A stretch of 64,000 bases of DNA from an uncultured cyanobacterium (GCA_963749915.1 CAVVOP010000021.1:320001-384000), one strand, 5' to 3'; counted from the first letter of the stretch, positions 39,721 to 50,171 are shown. A program made the numbers and translations. Notes: generated from the sequence alone by a model not told the origin.

Positions 39721-39781
39721 GTTCGCTATTCCCTAAAAATCATTACAATCAATCGTAGATAAGTTAATTTACAGTTATTTT

Positions 39782-40303
39782 CTAAGCAATATTATTGGAA
39801 GAATTAGAGTTGATTAAAATCGTTAAATTTTGTTGAATAGCTGATTGTAACTTATCGCAGTAAATTTCTTTACTTTGCTGATAGTTTTCCGGTTTTTCCA
39901 CAAAAATAACGCTATCAACTTCTTTCATCGTAAACATTTGGAAAAGAATTTGACTAACAGGAACTATCTGTGCGATGACATTGGGATCATTAATTTTACT
40001 ATCGGGAAATTTGGCGGCATCTTCAACGGTAGGGAAAGCGTAAATTACTCTTTTTTCGACTTCGGGATGTTGATTATTGGCTAAAATAGTTAAAACCAAA
40101 TTATCTTCTAAGGTTTGTCTCAAATAATATTGACTATAATCAAGTTGGTGTGCATAGGTACTAATAACAGGGACAACACCATGCTCCATAATAAGGGCAG
40201 GAACACCATATTCAGGGGCTTCGTTAATTAAATTACGTAATTGCTGATCTAAGTCCATAATTACAAAATATTGAGGTCTTATTTTTATCTTATCGAAGTT
40301 CAA
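39782..40303 (-). CDS. Conserved cyanobacterial hypothetical protein
   Basis: Clean ORF; probable start MDLDQQ at 40258. Confidence 0.7.
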   Translation of the reverse strand: MNFDKIKIRPQYFVIMDLDQQLRNLINEAPEYGVPALIMEHGVVPVISTYAHQLDYSQYYLRQTLEDNLVLTILANNQHPEVEKRVIYAFPTVEDAAKFPDSKINDPNVIAQIVPVSQILFQMFTMKEVDSVIFVEKPENYQQSKEIYCDKLQSAIQQNLTILINSNSSNNIA

Positions 40304-40361
40304 GAGAGTTGGGAGTTCACCCCCGTTGGATTAATTGTTAACGGCTAATTGCTATAACTGT

Positions 40362-40913
40362 TTAAATATTAGTTAATTCTTTTTCTTTAATGACTAAAAT
40401 ATCATCTACTTTTGCAGTATATTTATCAGTAATTTTTTGAATTTGGTCTTGTAAATCACGGGATTCGTCCTCGGAAATTTCGCTATTTTTTTCCTGTTTA
40501 CGCACTTTTTCAATGGCATCACGGCGAATATTGCGAATGGCGACTTTTCCCTCCTCGGCATATTTACCGGCTAATTTAACAAATTCTTGACGACGTTCAG
40601 TCGTAAGGGGGGGTATGTTCAAACGAATTACTTGTCCGTCATTATTGGGGGTCAAACCTAAATCAGACAGAGAAATTGCTTTTTGCAGTTGATTCATGCT
40701 TCCTTTATCGAAGGGTTGAATCAAAATGGTTGTGGCATCTGGAGTACTAATATTCGCCAAAGATTTTAAGGGAGTTTCTGTTCCATAATAATCCACCATC
40801 ACTTTATCTAGCAAACTAACATTTGCTCTACCCGTGCGGATAGTATTAAAATCTTGTTGTGTCTTTTCGACACTTTTTTGCATATTTTCTTTGATTTCGT
40901 CAGTTAACTTCAC
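40362..40913 (-). CDS. frr: Ribosome recycling factor
   Basis: [25 protein letters not shown] and RNIRRDA. Confidence 0.97.
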   Translation of the reverse strand: MKLTDEIKENMQKSVEKTQQDFNTIRTGRANVSLLDKVMVDYYGTETPLKSLANISTPDATTILIQPFDKGSMNQLQKAISLSDLGLTPNNDGQVIRLNIPPLTTERRQEFVKLAGKYAEEGKVAIRNIRRDAIEKVRKQEKNSEISEDESRDLQDQIQKITDKYTAKVDDILVIKEKELTNI

Positions 40914-41622
40914 AAAAACCTCCTACAGTAGTTCCTACTTTTTCTCCTTTTACCGCCCGAATAATATTACCGTGCTCGAAAAGGTTAAATACAATAATGG
41001 GGATGTTATTTTCTTTGCATAAAGCAATGGCTGTTCCATCCATAACCCTTAAATCTTGGGTCAATACATGATTATAGTTCAAGCTCTCATAACGATGAGC
41101 ATTAGGATTTTTCATCGGATCTGAGTCATAAACTCCATCTACTTTAGTGGCTTTAAAAATGACTTGTGCGTCAATTTCCGCCGCCCTTAAGGCCGCTGTG
41201 GTATCAGTGGTAAAAAATGGATTGCCTGAACCTGCTCCAAATATTACCACTCTGCCCAATTCGAGATGACGGATTGCTTTACGACGAATATATGGTTCGG
41301 CTACTTCCTGCATGGCGATCGCAGTTTGTACCCTAGTGGGAATATCCATCCTTTCTAAGGCGTCTTGTAAGGTCATGGCATTCATGACCGTAGCAATCAT
41401 GCCAACATAATCCGCTGTAGCTCGATCCATACCCTCAGCAGAAGCCTTCATTCCACGAAAAATATTACCACCGCCCACCACAATGGCAACTTCTACTTTC
41501 AGGCTAACTACCTCTGCCACTTCTTCTGCTATTTCGGCAACTACTTTGGGATCGATGCCATAGCCTAAATCTCCCATTAATGCTTCACCGCTTAATTTGA
41601 GTAAAATCCGTTGGTAAGTCAT
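40900..41622 (-). CDS. pyrH: UMP kinase
   Basis: [16 protein letters not shown] and NPFFTTDT; overlaps frr. Confidence 0.97.
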   Translation of the reverse strand: MTYQRILLKLSGEALMGDLGYGIDPKVVAEIAEEVAEVVSLKVEVAIVVGGGNIFRGMKASAEGMDRATADYVGMIATVMNAMTLQDALERMDIPTRVQTAIAMQEVAEPYIRRKAIRHLELGRVVIFGAGSGNPFFTTDTTAALRAAEIDAQVIFKATKVDGVYDSDPMKNPNAHRYESLNYNHVLTQDLRVMDGTAIALCKENNIPIIVFNLFEHGNIIRAVKGEKVGTTVGGFCEVN

Positions 41623-41968
41623 TGTTTTGTTGCCTTTTCCTTTGATTAATTCTTCAGTTAAGATACCAGTTTTTGTCTCTTAATTTTAATAGTGCTTAAA
41701 TAATTTACCCCATTTTGGTGAAGTTTTTAACTCAGATTTTGTAGGAAATAAATCTTTGATAATGTTTCCGTTGCCACCGCCGTTATGTTATTTAAAGCAC
41801 ATAAACAAAGATTGAAACAGGGATTTTATGGGCAATTAAGAATATCGGCAGAAATTTATGAACAAATGATCTTTCTTTGAGTGGGCTTATCCGGAAGTAG
41901 CCTTAGCATACCAAGCCCACCATAAACCCTATCCATAGATGATAACGGGGAGATTATCAAACAACTAA

Positions 41969-42274
41969 CTATAAGTCTAATAAAGCATCTTCCTGATGGG
42001 TTTCCACAACACAGTTGGAGGTAGCATAGGTTTTACAAGTGAGGAAAAAACCGGCTTCAATTTCTTTTGCTTTCAAAAAGTCATGGTCATGATTAACTGT
42101 ACCTTCTTTTAATCTTGCAGTACAACTAACACAAACACCAGCCCGACAAGAATAGGGTAAATTAAAACCCTGTCTCTCGGCAGCGTCTAAAATATACTCA
42201 TCTGCATCTACTTCAATCACGTTATCAATACCCTTGTCTTGATTAACTAATCTAACCTGATAACTATTGCCCAT
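41969..42274 (-). CDS. Plant-type [2Fe-2S] ferredoxin (minor paralog)
   Basis: LPYSCRAGVCVSC...LTC. Confidence 0.92.
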   Translation of the reverse strand: MGNSYQVRLVNQDKGIDNVIEVDADEYILDAAERQGFNLPYSCRAGVCVSCTARLKEGTVNHDHDFLKAKEIEAGFFLTCKTYATSNCVVETHQEDALLDL

Positions 42275-42447
42275 TGTTATATTTATAATTAATTGTTTTG
42301 GAAGTGTTCATTTTTATCTTAATCTTCAATGTTCAATTAATTTCCCAGCACACTCATATTATTAAGCAATCTTTACATTGGACAATCTATGGTTTATCCA
42401 TCAGTCCTGAGATATTTGCTTTAAATTGTTAATAGTTTATTGTCATG

Positions 42448-43137
42448 TCAATAGTAGCCATTTTGGGTCAAAAAATCTAAATTTACTTCTTCTTGTGGGG
42501 GATTTTTTCCGAGACGATGACTAATTAATCTATCTACATATTTCCCTAAAATATCGCTTTCTAAATTTACCCAATCCCCCGCTTTAAGTTGTGATAAATT
42601 CGTTTCCTCATAGGTATGGGGAATTACGGCAACTTTAAACCAATTACCGTTGATATCACAATCGGCGATGGTCAAACTGGTACCATTGACGGCGATACTT
42701 GCCTTAGAGACAATATAAGGGGAAATGTAGTCTTGCCACTGGTTTTTGAACTCCGAAGGCGCAGTAAAAATCATTTCCCATGATTGTTGACAATTCACCG
42801 ATTCTACTAAACATCCTATGCCATCTACATGACCACTAACAAAATGTCCCCCAATTTTACCGCCCACCCGTAAAGAAGTCTCCAGATTGACATTGTTCTT
42901 TTTTTTGATATTTTGATCTAAAGTTGTACGCCGTAAAGTTTCTGGGGATGCGGTAGCAACAAAACCCTCTTGTGAAATTCTTTCAACAGTCAAACAAATT
43001 CCATCCACAGCAACACTATCACCAATGGCTAAATCTTGGCAAATTGTTTCTTGGGCTTTCCTGTGAATTTCGATGGCAAATAAGTCATTTCCTAAAGGCT
43101 TTATATTACCAATGCCCTGTATTAATCCTGTAAACAT
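42448..43137 (-). CDS. ribE: Riboflavin synthase (alpha chain)
   Basis: MFTGLI N-terminus, GDSVAVDGICLTV, GGHFVSGHVD and VNLESDILGKY. Confidence 0.95.
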   Translation of the reverse strand: MFTGLIQGIGNIKPLGNDLFAIEIHRKAQETICQDLAIGDSVAVDGICLTVERISQEGFVATASPETLRRTTLDQNIKKKNNVNLETSLRVGGKIGGHFVSGHVDGIGCLVESVNCQQSWEMIFTAPSEFKNQWQDYISPYIVSKASIAVNGTSLTIADCDINGNWFKVAVIPHTYEETNLSQLKAGDWVNLESDILGKYVDRLISHRLGKNPPQEEVNLDFLTQNGYY

Positions 43138-43226
43138 AAAATTATTGAATTAGGGTGAATTTTATTAAGTCTATTATTTTAATTTTGAGGTACATTAATC
43201 CTCTAGGGCAATAAATTAAGTAAATT

Positions 43227-43919
43227 ATGACGGTGTATTTTGTTGGTGCAGGTATTGGCGGTGTTGATTATCTGACCCTTAAAGCCGCTAGGATTATCTC
43301 TGGGGGTGAGGTTATTCTTTATGATGCTTTAGTAGATACTCAAATTTTAGATTTAACTTCTGTTCAATGTATTAAGATTTGTGTGGGTAAAAGGGGGGGG
43401 AAAATGAGTACATCCCAAGAAAGTATTAATGAGTTATTAGTTACATACGCTCAACAATATAAGAAAGTTATTCGTCTTAAAACTGGTGATTGTGGTATTT
43501 TCGGGCGAATTAATCCAGAATTAGATGCTTTACGGGCCATTAATGCTGATATTGAATTTATCCCCGGAGTTTCTTCTGCCCTTGCCGCCCCTTTATTGGC
43601 TAATATCATGTTAACGGAGAAAAATGATAGTCAGTGTGTAACGATTGTCACGGGACATGATCCTGATAGTTTAAATTGGTCAATGCTCAGTCAAGTTGAT
43701 ACTTTAGTTATTTTAATGGCTGGCAAAAACTTGTCTATTATTATCGAAAAGTTACAATTATATGGGCGATCGCCAGATTTTCCCGTTGCCATTATCAAAA
43801 ATGGTGGTAGTAGTCAACAACAGGTATGGAAAGGAAGATTAGATAATATAGTCGAAAAAACCCTTAATATTTCTTTATCCCCTTGTATCATCGTTATTGG
43901 TAAAGTCGTTAATAATTGA
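43227..43919 (+). CDS. cobA: Uroporphyrinogen-III C-methyltransferase
   Basis: VYFVGAG, YDALV, VGKRGG, RLKTGD and PGVSS. Confidence 0.9.
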   Translation: MTVYFVGAGIGGVDYLTLKAARIISGGEVILYDALVDTQILDLTSVQCIKICVGKRGGKMSTSQESINELLVTYAQQYKKVIRLKTGDCGIFGRINPELDALRAINADIEFIPGVSSALAAPLLANIMLTEKNDSQCVTIVTGHDPDSLNWSMLSQVDTLVILMAGKNLSIIIEKLQLYGRSPDFPVAIIKNGGSSQQQVWKGRLDNIVEKTLNISLSPCIIVIGKVVNN

Positions 43920-43944
43920 CAATTAACAACTATCAATTGATAAA

Positions 43945-44754
43945 ATGATTAACCATAAAAAACCTTATCCCCTTGCTGGTGAAACTATTTTAGTGACTCG
44001 TGCGGCTTCTGCCAATAATCAATTTCGAAAAATGTTAGAAGCAAAAGGCGGAGTAGTTTTAGAGTTTCCTGCTTTAGTGATTCGACCTCCTTCTAGCTGG
44101 CAAAAATTAGATCAGGCCATCGCCAATTTAGCCAATTTTGACTGGTTAATCTTAACCTCAGCCAATGGAGTAGAGTATTTTTTGGGAAGATTAGATCATC
44201 TTGGCAAAGACAAAAATTATCTAAAAAATATTAAAACCGCTGTAGTTGGTACTAAAACCGCCCAATATTTGGAAAAATATCAATTATCTGCCGACTTTAT
44301 TCCCCCCAATTTTATAGCAGATTCTTTAGTGGAAAATTTCCCCGAAGCATTGGCACAACAAAAAATCTTATTTCCCAGAGTCGAAAGCGGTGGCAGAGAG
44401 ATTTTAGTACAACAATTAAGTCAAAAAGGTGCACAAATAACGGAAATACCAGCTTATCAGTCGGGATGTCCCGATTCTATGGACGCAACGGCATGGGACG
44501 CCATCAGAAATAAACTGATTAGCATCATCACCTTTGCCAGTTCTAAAACCGTTAAAAATTTCTATCATCTGGTAAATCAAGCTATCATCAGCTATCCTGA
44601 TCTTAACATCCATTCTCTCTTAAAAAATGTTGCGATCGCCTCTATCGGACCACAAACCTCCCTTACCTGTCAACAATTATTAAAAAGAGTAGATATTGAG
44701 GCCAAAGAATATACTCTTGAAGGATTAGTAAATGCCATCATTGACAATAATTGA
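43945..44754 (+). CDS. hemD: Uroporphyrinogen-III synthase
   Basis: ILVTRA, LTSANGV, FASSKTV and ASIGPQTS. Confidence 0.92.
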   Translation: MINHKKPYPLAGETILVTRAASANNQFRKMLEAKGGVVLEFPALVIRPPSSWQKLDQAIANLANFDWLILTSANGVEYFLGRLDHLGKDKNYLKNIKTAVVGTKTAQYLEKYQLSADFIPPNFIADSLVENFPEALAQQKILFPRVESGGREILVQQLSQKGAQITEIPAYQSGCPDSMDATAWDAIRNKLISIITFASSKTVKNFYHLVNQAIISYPDLNIHSLLKNVAIASIGPQTSLTCQQLLKRVDIEAKEYTLEGLVNAIIDNN

Positions 44755-44860
44755 CACTCCCGCCGTCAAGCTTACGCCGTGACGGGGGATTCTTGTATCA
44801 CAGACACTTAACTAGCTGAGTCAAATACTTTGACTAAACCCCGTCAGTACGTCTCCACCC
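44751..44860 (-). mobile_element. IS200/IS605-family right-end remnant (TnpB omega-RNA scaffold-like)
   Basis: Minus strand ends ...CAAGAATCCCCCGTCA-loop-TGACGGCGGGAGTGTCAA (subterminal hairpin + TCAA); second hairpin AGTCAAA/TTTGACT; no tnpA or tnpB nearby. Confidence 0.65.
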
Positions 44861-44948
44861 TTCTCTGACGCAAGGCTTCAAATAATTCCTCTTGATCCTC
44901 CTCCGATAAAACGGCGATCGCCTCTAAAATTTCTTGATAAGCTATCAT
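44844..44948 (-). pseudogene. Truncated small antitoxin-like ORF (34 aa)
   Basis: MIAYQEILEAIAVLSEEDQEELFEALRQRRVETY* with GAGG RBS; fused to the IS605 end remnant. Confidence 0.45.
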
Positions 44949-44984
44949 AAAACCTCATCTGGTGCACGACCGGATAAAGAGCGA

Positions 44985-45055
44985 AGCGGGTGGGGGGAAT
45001 CGAACCCCCATCATTAGCTTGGAAGGCTAAGGTTTTACCACTAAACTACACCCGC
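44985..45055 (-). tRNA. trnG: tRNA-Gly(UCC)
   Basis: Reverse complement GCGGGTGTAGTTTAGTGGTAAAAC-TTAGC-CTTCCAA-GCTAA...GGTTCGATTCC...ACCCGCT. Confidence 0.96.
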
Positions 45056-45196
45056 AGGGTTACTTAAAACACAACCATTATTGTAACGAGAATTGTAAAA
45101 TTTGGCAAGGCTAATTATCGGGCACCTGATAGTATATATATTATGGTTTAAAAAATAAAATGTTTAGAAAAGCAAATATTAAGGAGTGAGTGAGAT

Positions 45197-46498
45197 ATGA
45201 CGATTAATGTTAATCCTTTAAATCCAGTAGTTGTAAACGTCAATAGTAATGATACAACTCTTAATTTATTTCAAAATTTTGATGATCCCTTCACCACTGG
45301 TAGGGTAGCTAATTTCAATTTACGAGAAAATTCCATTGGCACTGGCGAAATTAATGTAGTACTTTTTGACCAAGCGGGAGAAGGTGCACCCATAACGGTA
45401 AATAATTTTCTTAATTATGTCAATGATGGAGATTATGTTAATACAATCATTCATCGATCAGTCCCTGATTTTGTTATTCAGGGGGGCGGTTTTACGGTCA
45501 ATAATTTGACGGTTAATAGTGTGCCGACGGATGCACCTATCCCCAATGAATTTAGTTCCAATCGCTCTAATACTAGGGGCACAATTGCTATGGCCAAATT
45601 AGGGGGCAATCCTAACAGTGCCACCAGTCAATGGTTTTTCAATTTAGCTGATAATTCTCGTAATCTTGATAATCAAAATGGCGGTTTTAGTGTTTTTGGT
45701 GAAGTTTTGCCTGGTGATGGTTTAACGACAATGGATGCGATCGCCAGTTTACCTGTTGTAAATGCTAGTAATATAAATCCTGCTTTTACTAATTTACCCG
45801 TAAATAATATTGACATTAATGAGGATGATGATTTTGTCAGATTTGAGAATATTACTCTTAACAATCTCCCTGAATTAACTTTTACTATTGAAAATAATAC
45901 TAATCCAAATCTCGTCACCGCGAATATTGACAATAACGGTAATCTTACACTTGATTATGGGCAAAATACCGATGGTGTAGCCGAAATTAGCATTAAGGCA
46001 ACTAATTTGCTCGGAGAATCTACAGTTGACACATTAAGAGTATCTGTTGTGGATAATCTTAATACTCCGTTTTTTCGGTTTCAAAATAGCGATCGCCCTG
46101 GTACATATTTATTTGCTGGGGAACCAGAAAGCCAAAGTATCCGACAGAATTTTCCCAATTTTGTGGAAGAAGGATTTGCTTTTTATGTCGGTGATGTACC
46201 AGATGATGATTTAATCGTTTTTAATCGTTTTCAAAATACGGCGGTACCAGGTACATATTTATATGCTGGAGAAGTGGAAAGCGGAAATATCCGCCAGAAT
46301 TTCCCTGATTTTGTGGAAGAAGGGGTTGCTTTTTATGCCTATGGTGCCGATGCCAATAGGGGAGTTGATTTTTACCGTTTTCAAAATAGCCAACAACCCG
46401 GCACTTATATTTTTGTAGGAGAACAGGAAAGACAAAATATTCTTGCTAATTTCCCTCAATTTGTGGAAGAAGGAGTTGCTTTTGAGGTGAGAGTTTAA
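45197..46498 (+). CDS. Cyclophilin-type peptidyl-prolyl isomerase with Ig-like linker and three C-terminal repeats
   Basis: APITVNNFLNY, HRSVPDFVIQGGG, RGTIAMA and ATSQWFFN; three repeats of RFQN...PGTY...NFPxFVEEGxAF (DUF5648-like). Confidence 0.85.
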   Translation: MTINVNPLNPVVVNVNSNDTTLNLFQNFDDPFTTGRVANFNLRENSIGTGEINVVLFDQAGEGAPITVNNFLNYVNDGDYVNTIIHRSVPDFVIQGGGFTVNNLTVNSVPTDAPIPNEFSSNRSNTRGTIAMAKLGGNPNSATSQWFFNLADNSRNLDNQNGGFSVFGEVLPGDGLTTMDAIASLPVVNASNINPAFTNLPVNNIDINEDDDFVRFENITLNNLPELTFTIENNTNPNLVTANIDNNGNLTLDYGQNTDGVAEISIKATNLLGESTVDTLRVSVVDNLNTPFFRFQNSDRPGTYLFAGEPESQSIRQNFPNFVEEGFAFYVGDVPDDDLIVFNRFQNTAVPGTYLYAGEVESGNIRQNFPDFVEEGVAFYAYGADANRGVDFYRFQNSQQPGTYIFVGEQERQNILANFPQFVEEGVAFEVRV

Positions 46499-46540
46499 TT
46501 TTTACTCTTTAAAATAAGAATAGTCAAACCCCTTAAATTT

Positions 46541-47157
46541 GCGAGAGAAAATGGCGGCATAGTATCTGATTTAAGTAAAAAATCTGGTTATAACGGATTT
46601 TGTGGTCAACCAGTTTTTAGGGGTCTTCGACCATTCATTCATCGAACTGGCAATTAGCAAATTGTGCAGCCAGTTGTGATGGTATTGAAATCCATTGAGG
46701 TCTTTAAAGGGCGAAATCCGCTCAGAGTCTGATGAGCAAGTTCTTGAAGAATAGGGATGAAAATTCCACACCAGTGCCATCGAGGGTACATAGAGTCGAG
46801 CTGATTCTTTCGTGCCGTGAAAGTATTGCAAGGTCTTTGATCCTTGTGCCCACGATGGATGCTCGACCCAAAGACAAGTAAATTCGATACCAATACATGG
46901 GATTGCGCCCAAAAACGTGAAACCAAAAGCCCTGCTCCATTGAATCGGGAAACAATTCTGGATATTGACCCTGAATCTGAATCACATATTGCCGAAAAGC
47001 TTTAGGATTAAAGAGAATACCTCGATATTGTGTTTTACTTTCCACTGGCAAACAGATACTCTTATCTCCTCTTATAGACTCGGCCATTCTTTAGTTTAAC
47101 CCCCTGATTGACTGATAATCTTTCTACTTTACCCAATCACAGCGGTTTTCTCCTCAC
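46541..47157 (-). pseudogene. Internally deleted, frameshifted transposase-like gene remnant
   Basis: N-terminal piece (46722..47087) and C-terminal piece (46571..46912, LVWNFHPY...YHHNWLHNLLIASS) lie in different frames; GC-richer than flanks; weak terminal IRs GAG-GAAAA. Confidence 0.5.
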
Positions 47158-47194
47158 GGGGCGATCAGTGTCGGCGATCGCCCTTGATTTCTAA

Positions 47195-48378
47195 CCCACA
47201 TTCCGCACGTCACTTTGTAAGATGATAAAAGTATTAAAACCAAGCAACTTATTTTGGACAAAATATAAGTAATAATACTCAATATCTTCTTTATTCGCGT
47301 TTTGTATTCGCGAACTTTGCTCAAATTAAAATCTCATTGTCAATAACTTCACCTTTAATGAGAATAAATAAACAGAGCAAATCTATCAGTTTTCTATTCT
47401 TTATTTATGATATTATAATTGAGAATGTTTAGACTCTTAAATCCCATAAGTTATCCAGATAAAATATAATAATTATGACAAGAAATCGGGAAAAAACTTA
47501 AAATTAGTTTTCGTTCATTTGTTAGATTTACTATCTGTTTTATTCCTTGATTTATTACTAAATGAATCCCCTGAAAACATTGAAATATCCATCTTAACGT
47601 TGGACGTTCCGTTAGTTTTCCTAGCTGATTTTTTATCCCCGTTTTTCTCTCCTCTAATAAGCGACGCACTTCTCTTTGCCCCAAAGAATATACTAACAGA
47701 CATAACCCCAAAAACACATTGCCATTGTTTCGATTCTTTTTGGGGTTTTTAAAAACACACTATCGGCAAAAAATAATGGCTCTTTCAGAAAACTAAAACC
47801 TCTTTCTGCGGCTTGTTGCTCTTTATACTTAATTAAAATTTCATCGGAACTAAATTTACTTTTATCCAATCTATTTGTAGCTAACACAAATCTTCCTGCT
47901 CTTTTTTTTGATTCGTTTATTTTCGTTAAATCTGATTCTATCACCGCCATAATTTTGTGAATTTTTCCTGATTTTTCTCCTTTCTTTTTCGATTTTTTCT
48001 GGTGATTATTTAATTCACTTTCCGATTAAATGTTCTGTGGCTTTGTCTTTAAAAAACTGTGGAAATAGATAAAGAGGTCGAGAAATAAATCCTAATCCGT
48101 TCAGAATAATTGCTTTGACTATTTGACCTGCTGTCACGATTTCCCTCTCGTCAATACCGAGGGCATCATTAATAATTTCTTCAATGCCAATTTCATCTAT
48201 AACTCCAGCAATTAATCCTAAATGATTAATGGAACGTTGCTCATTTTTCTACTAATTTATCTGAGTTCTCTTGATAAGCTAGAGAACTAATCACTGAGTA
48301 TTTCTTGTCGTAGTCAATCACTGTTCAACCTCTAACCTCGTAATCTGAATTTATACAGTTTGACGTGCGGAATGTGGG
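47195..48378 (-). mobile_element. IS1634-family element, internally deleted copy 1
   Basis: Terminal IR CCCACATTCCGCACGTCA at both ends; fragments GRFVLATN, ERGFSFLKEP and PTLRWIFQCFQGIH; shared segments are near-identical to 62139..63748. Confidence 0.92.
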
Positions 48379-48562
48379 ATATAACTATTATGTGGGTATT
48401 GACTCTTTGTCAGTTGCGATCGCAATCCTTTAACAGCCCTCTGCCTTCTTGAATTCCAACGTTCTTGGTTATTCTCCAAAAAGAAAGTTAGGGAACGGCG
48501 GCAGTTGACGGGTTATGAATAAGGCGAGACAATAACTATTAAAGCTCCCGAACGGTAATTAT

Positions 48563-49291
48563 ATGAAGATAAGTCAATTTACTCTAACCCGCCAGCGTTT
48601 TGGGCTGGCGTTGGTACTTGCTATTTTTCTCAGTTTAGTTTTCATTAATCCAGTCATGGCACAAGAACCAAGATTACGAATGCTGACAGTAACGGGAGAG
48701 GGAGTGGAAAGAATTCCCACTACCCTGACACAAGTACAGCTGGGAGTGGAAATTCAGGGCAACACAGCCGCAGAGGTACAGCAGTTAGTCGCCCAGCGCA
48801 CCTCAGCCGTGGTCGATTTTCTTGGCTCTGGTCAAGTCGAAAGACTACAGACTACGGGCATTCGCCTAGAACCGAACTATCAATACAAGGATAATCAAAG
48901 GAGTTTAGTAGGTTACATTGGCACGAATACGGTCAGCTTTCGCCTCAAGACTGAACAAGTGGGGGCGTTGTTAGATGAAGCGGTGAAAGCAGGAGCTACC
49001 CGCATCGATGGGGTGAGTTTTACGGCTACCGAAGCAGCGATTTCTACTGCCCAGAAAGAAGCTCTCCGTCAAGCAACTACCGATGCCCAGCAACAGGCGG
49101 ATGCGGTTTTGGAGGCTTTAAATTTGAAAGCTCAAGAGGTGGTCGGCATTCAAGTGGGTGGAGCTAATCTTCCTCCACCAAGGATTATTCAAGCAGAGGG
49201 ATTAGTCAGAGCCCCTACTTCGGAAAGTACACCTGTAGTTGGGGGTGAGCAGATCGTGCGAGCTTCTGTCACTCTGCAAATTAGTTATTAG
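48563..49291 (+). CDS. SIMPL (DUF541) domain periplasmic protein
   Basis: Signal peptide, LTVTGEG, AGATRIDGVSF and GEQIVRASVTLQISY. Confidence 0.88.
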   Translation: MKISQFTLTRQRFGLALVLAIFLSLVFINPVMAQEPRLRMLTVTGEGVERIPTTLTQVQLGVEIQGNTAAEVQQLVAQRTSAVVDFLGSGQVERLQTTGIRLEPNYQYKDNQRSLVGYIGTNTVSFRLKTEQVGALLDEAVKAGATRIDGVSFTATEAAISTAQKEALRQATTDAQQQADAVLEALNLKAQEVVGIQVGGANLPPPRIIQAEGLVRAPTSESTPVVGGEQIVRASVTLQISY

Positions 49292-49341
49292 GTGTAACCT
49301 GAGTTCGGAGTTTGAAGTTTGAAGTTTGAAGTTGGAAAAGT

Positions 49342-49414
49342 CACCGAAGGTGAGCCTACGGCGATCACGAAGTGGCGCTGCGCGATCTGCGAAGCAGGCG
49401 CTTTCAGCGATCGC
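49342..49414 (+). repeat. Array of three HIP1-associated 21-25 nt hairpin repeats (SDR5-like)
   Basis: CACCGAAGGTGAGCCTACGGCGAT | CACGAAGTGGCGCTGCGCGAT | CTGCGAAGCAGGCGCTTTCAGCGAT | CGC; preceded by (GAAGTTT)n heptamers. Confidence 0.8.
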
Positions 49415-49485
49415 CCGCAAAAAGTGTAGGAATTTTTTCTCGCGGATCAGGGGCAAAGTCAACACCCTAGCCCGTGTCCCTACCT

Positions 49486-49680
49486 CTATAGTATTTTTTG
49501 AAGGGAAATAATTTGGACATCATTGTCAGAAAGAAAAAAAGAAGTAACAGGAAGATTTGATTTTTCACATCGTAAAGGTTCAATTGTTTTTAAATAAGGA
49601 TTCCATACAGCAATAATATTTCTCTTATTTTTTTTTCTCACCAATTGACATTCTATATGTACAGTTTCTATCCAAACAAT
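49486..49680 (-). pseudogene. Frameshifted C-terminal fragment of an unknown protein
   Basis: Minus strand reads IVWIETVHIECQLVRKK, then a frameshift, then IIAVWNPYLKTIEPLRCEKSNLPVTSFFLSD...KIL*. Confidence 0.3.
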
Positions 49681-49799
49681 TAAACTCGATGTTCAAGTTT
49701 TTGACAACAAGCAGAATGCTAAGCTTGTCAGAAAAAGCGCACCGCGAAGCGGATCTCTTCGAGATCCCATTGCTTAGATGCTTAGATACTTAGATATTA

Positions 49800-50170
49800 C
49801 CGAGGCTGTTTCATTATATAATCGAAGGGCTGATTTATAAGTATTGCAGCTGATAAATACAGGAGGAAACAGCCATTATTCTAAACACCCCATTGCCCTT
49901 TGTAGAAGAATTTATCGAGAATCTGAATAGAGGATTGAAGGAATACAAATCGGAGTATGGCTTGACCCGTCTGCAACGTTATTGGTTGGGTTTCTGTTTG
50001 ATGGGGATTATATTGACCAACAGTGTGTGTTGGGCTTCCTTTGAGAGAGTAAGCTTAGGCGGTTACAAAATTGGAGCCTTGTCTTGGATGTTCCGTAGGG
50101 CAAAATTACCCTGGGAATTCATGTTGCAAATAGCGGTAGGGTTAGTATTGAAACAGTACGGCATTACTGA
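49800..50170 (+). pseudogene. 5' fragment of an IS4/IS701-like transposase
   Basis: ORF 49893.. (WLGFCLMGIILTNSVCWASFER...LSWMFR) is cut at about 50170 by another IS-type end ACTGTTGGCGAA. Confidence 0.5.
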
Positions 50171-50171
50171 T

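Noticed and set aside
41881..41921. GTGGGCTT...AAGCCCAC hairpin downstream of ferredoxin as another micro-element
   Set aside because: No HIP1 context or second copy in the window; could simply be a terminator or REP-like hairpin.
43137..43227. FMN or cobalamin riboswitch near ribE/cobA
   Set aside because: The intergenic region is about 90 bp, very AT-rich, and shows no conserved aptamer motifs.
43227..44754. Split cobA and hemD as a frameshifted fusion gene
   Set aside because: Both have their own start and stop with a 25-bp spacer and complete domains; separate genes are common.
49342..49414. Possible mini-CRISPR array
   Set aside because: The constant part is only 5-6 nt, units are 21-25 nt, and there are no cas genes or leader; it fits HIP1-associated small repeats instead.
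49202..49511. ORFs 49202..49465 and 49326..49511
   Set aside because: Open frames created by the GC-rich repeat array.
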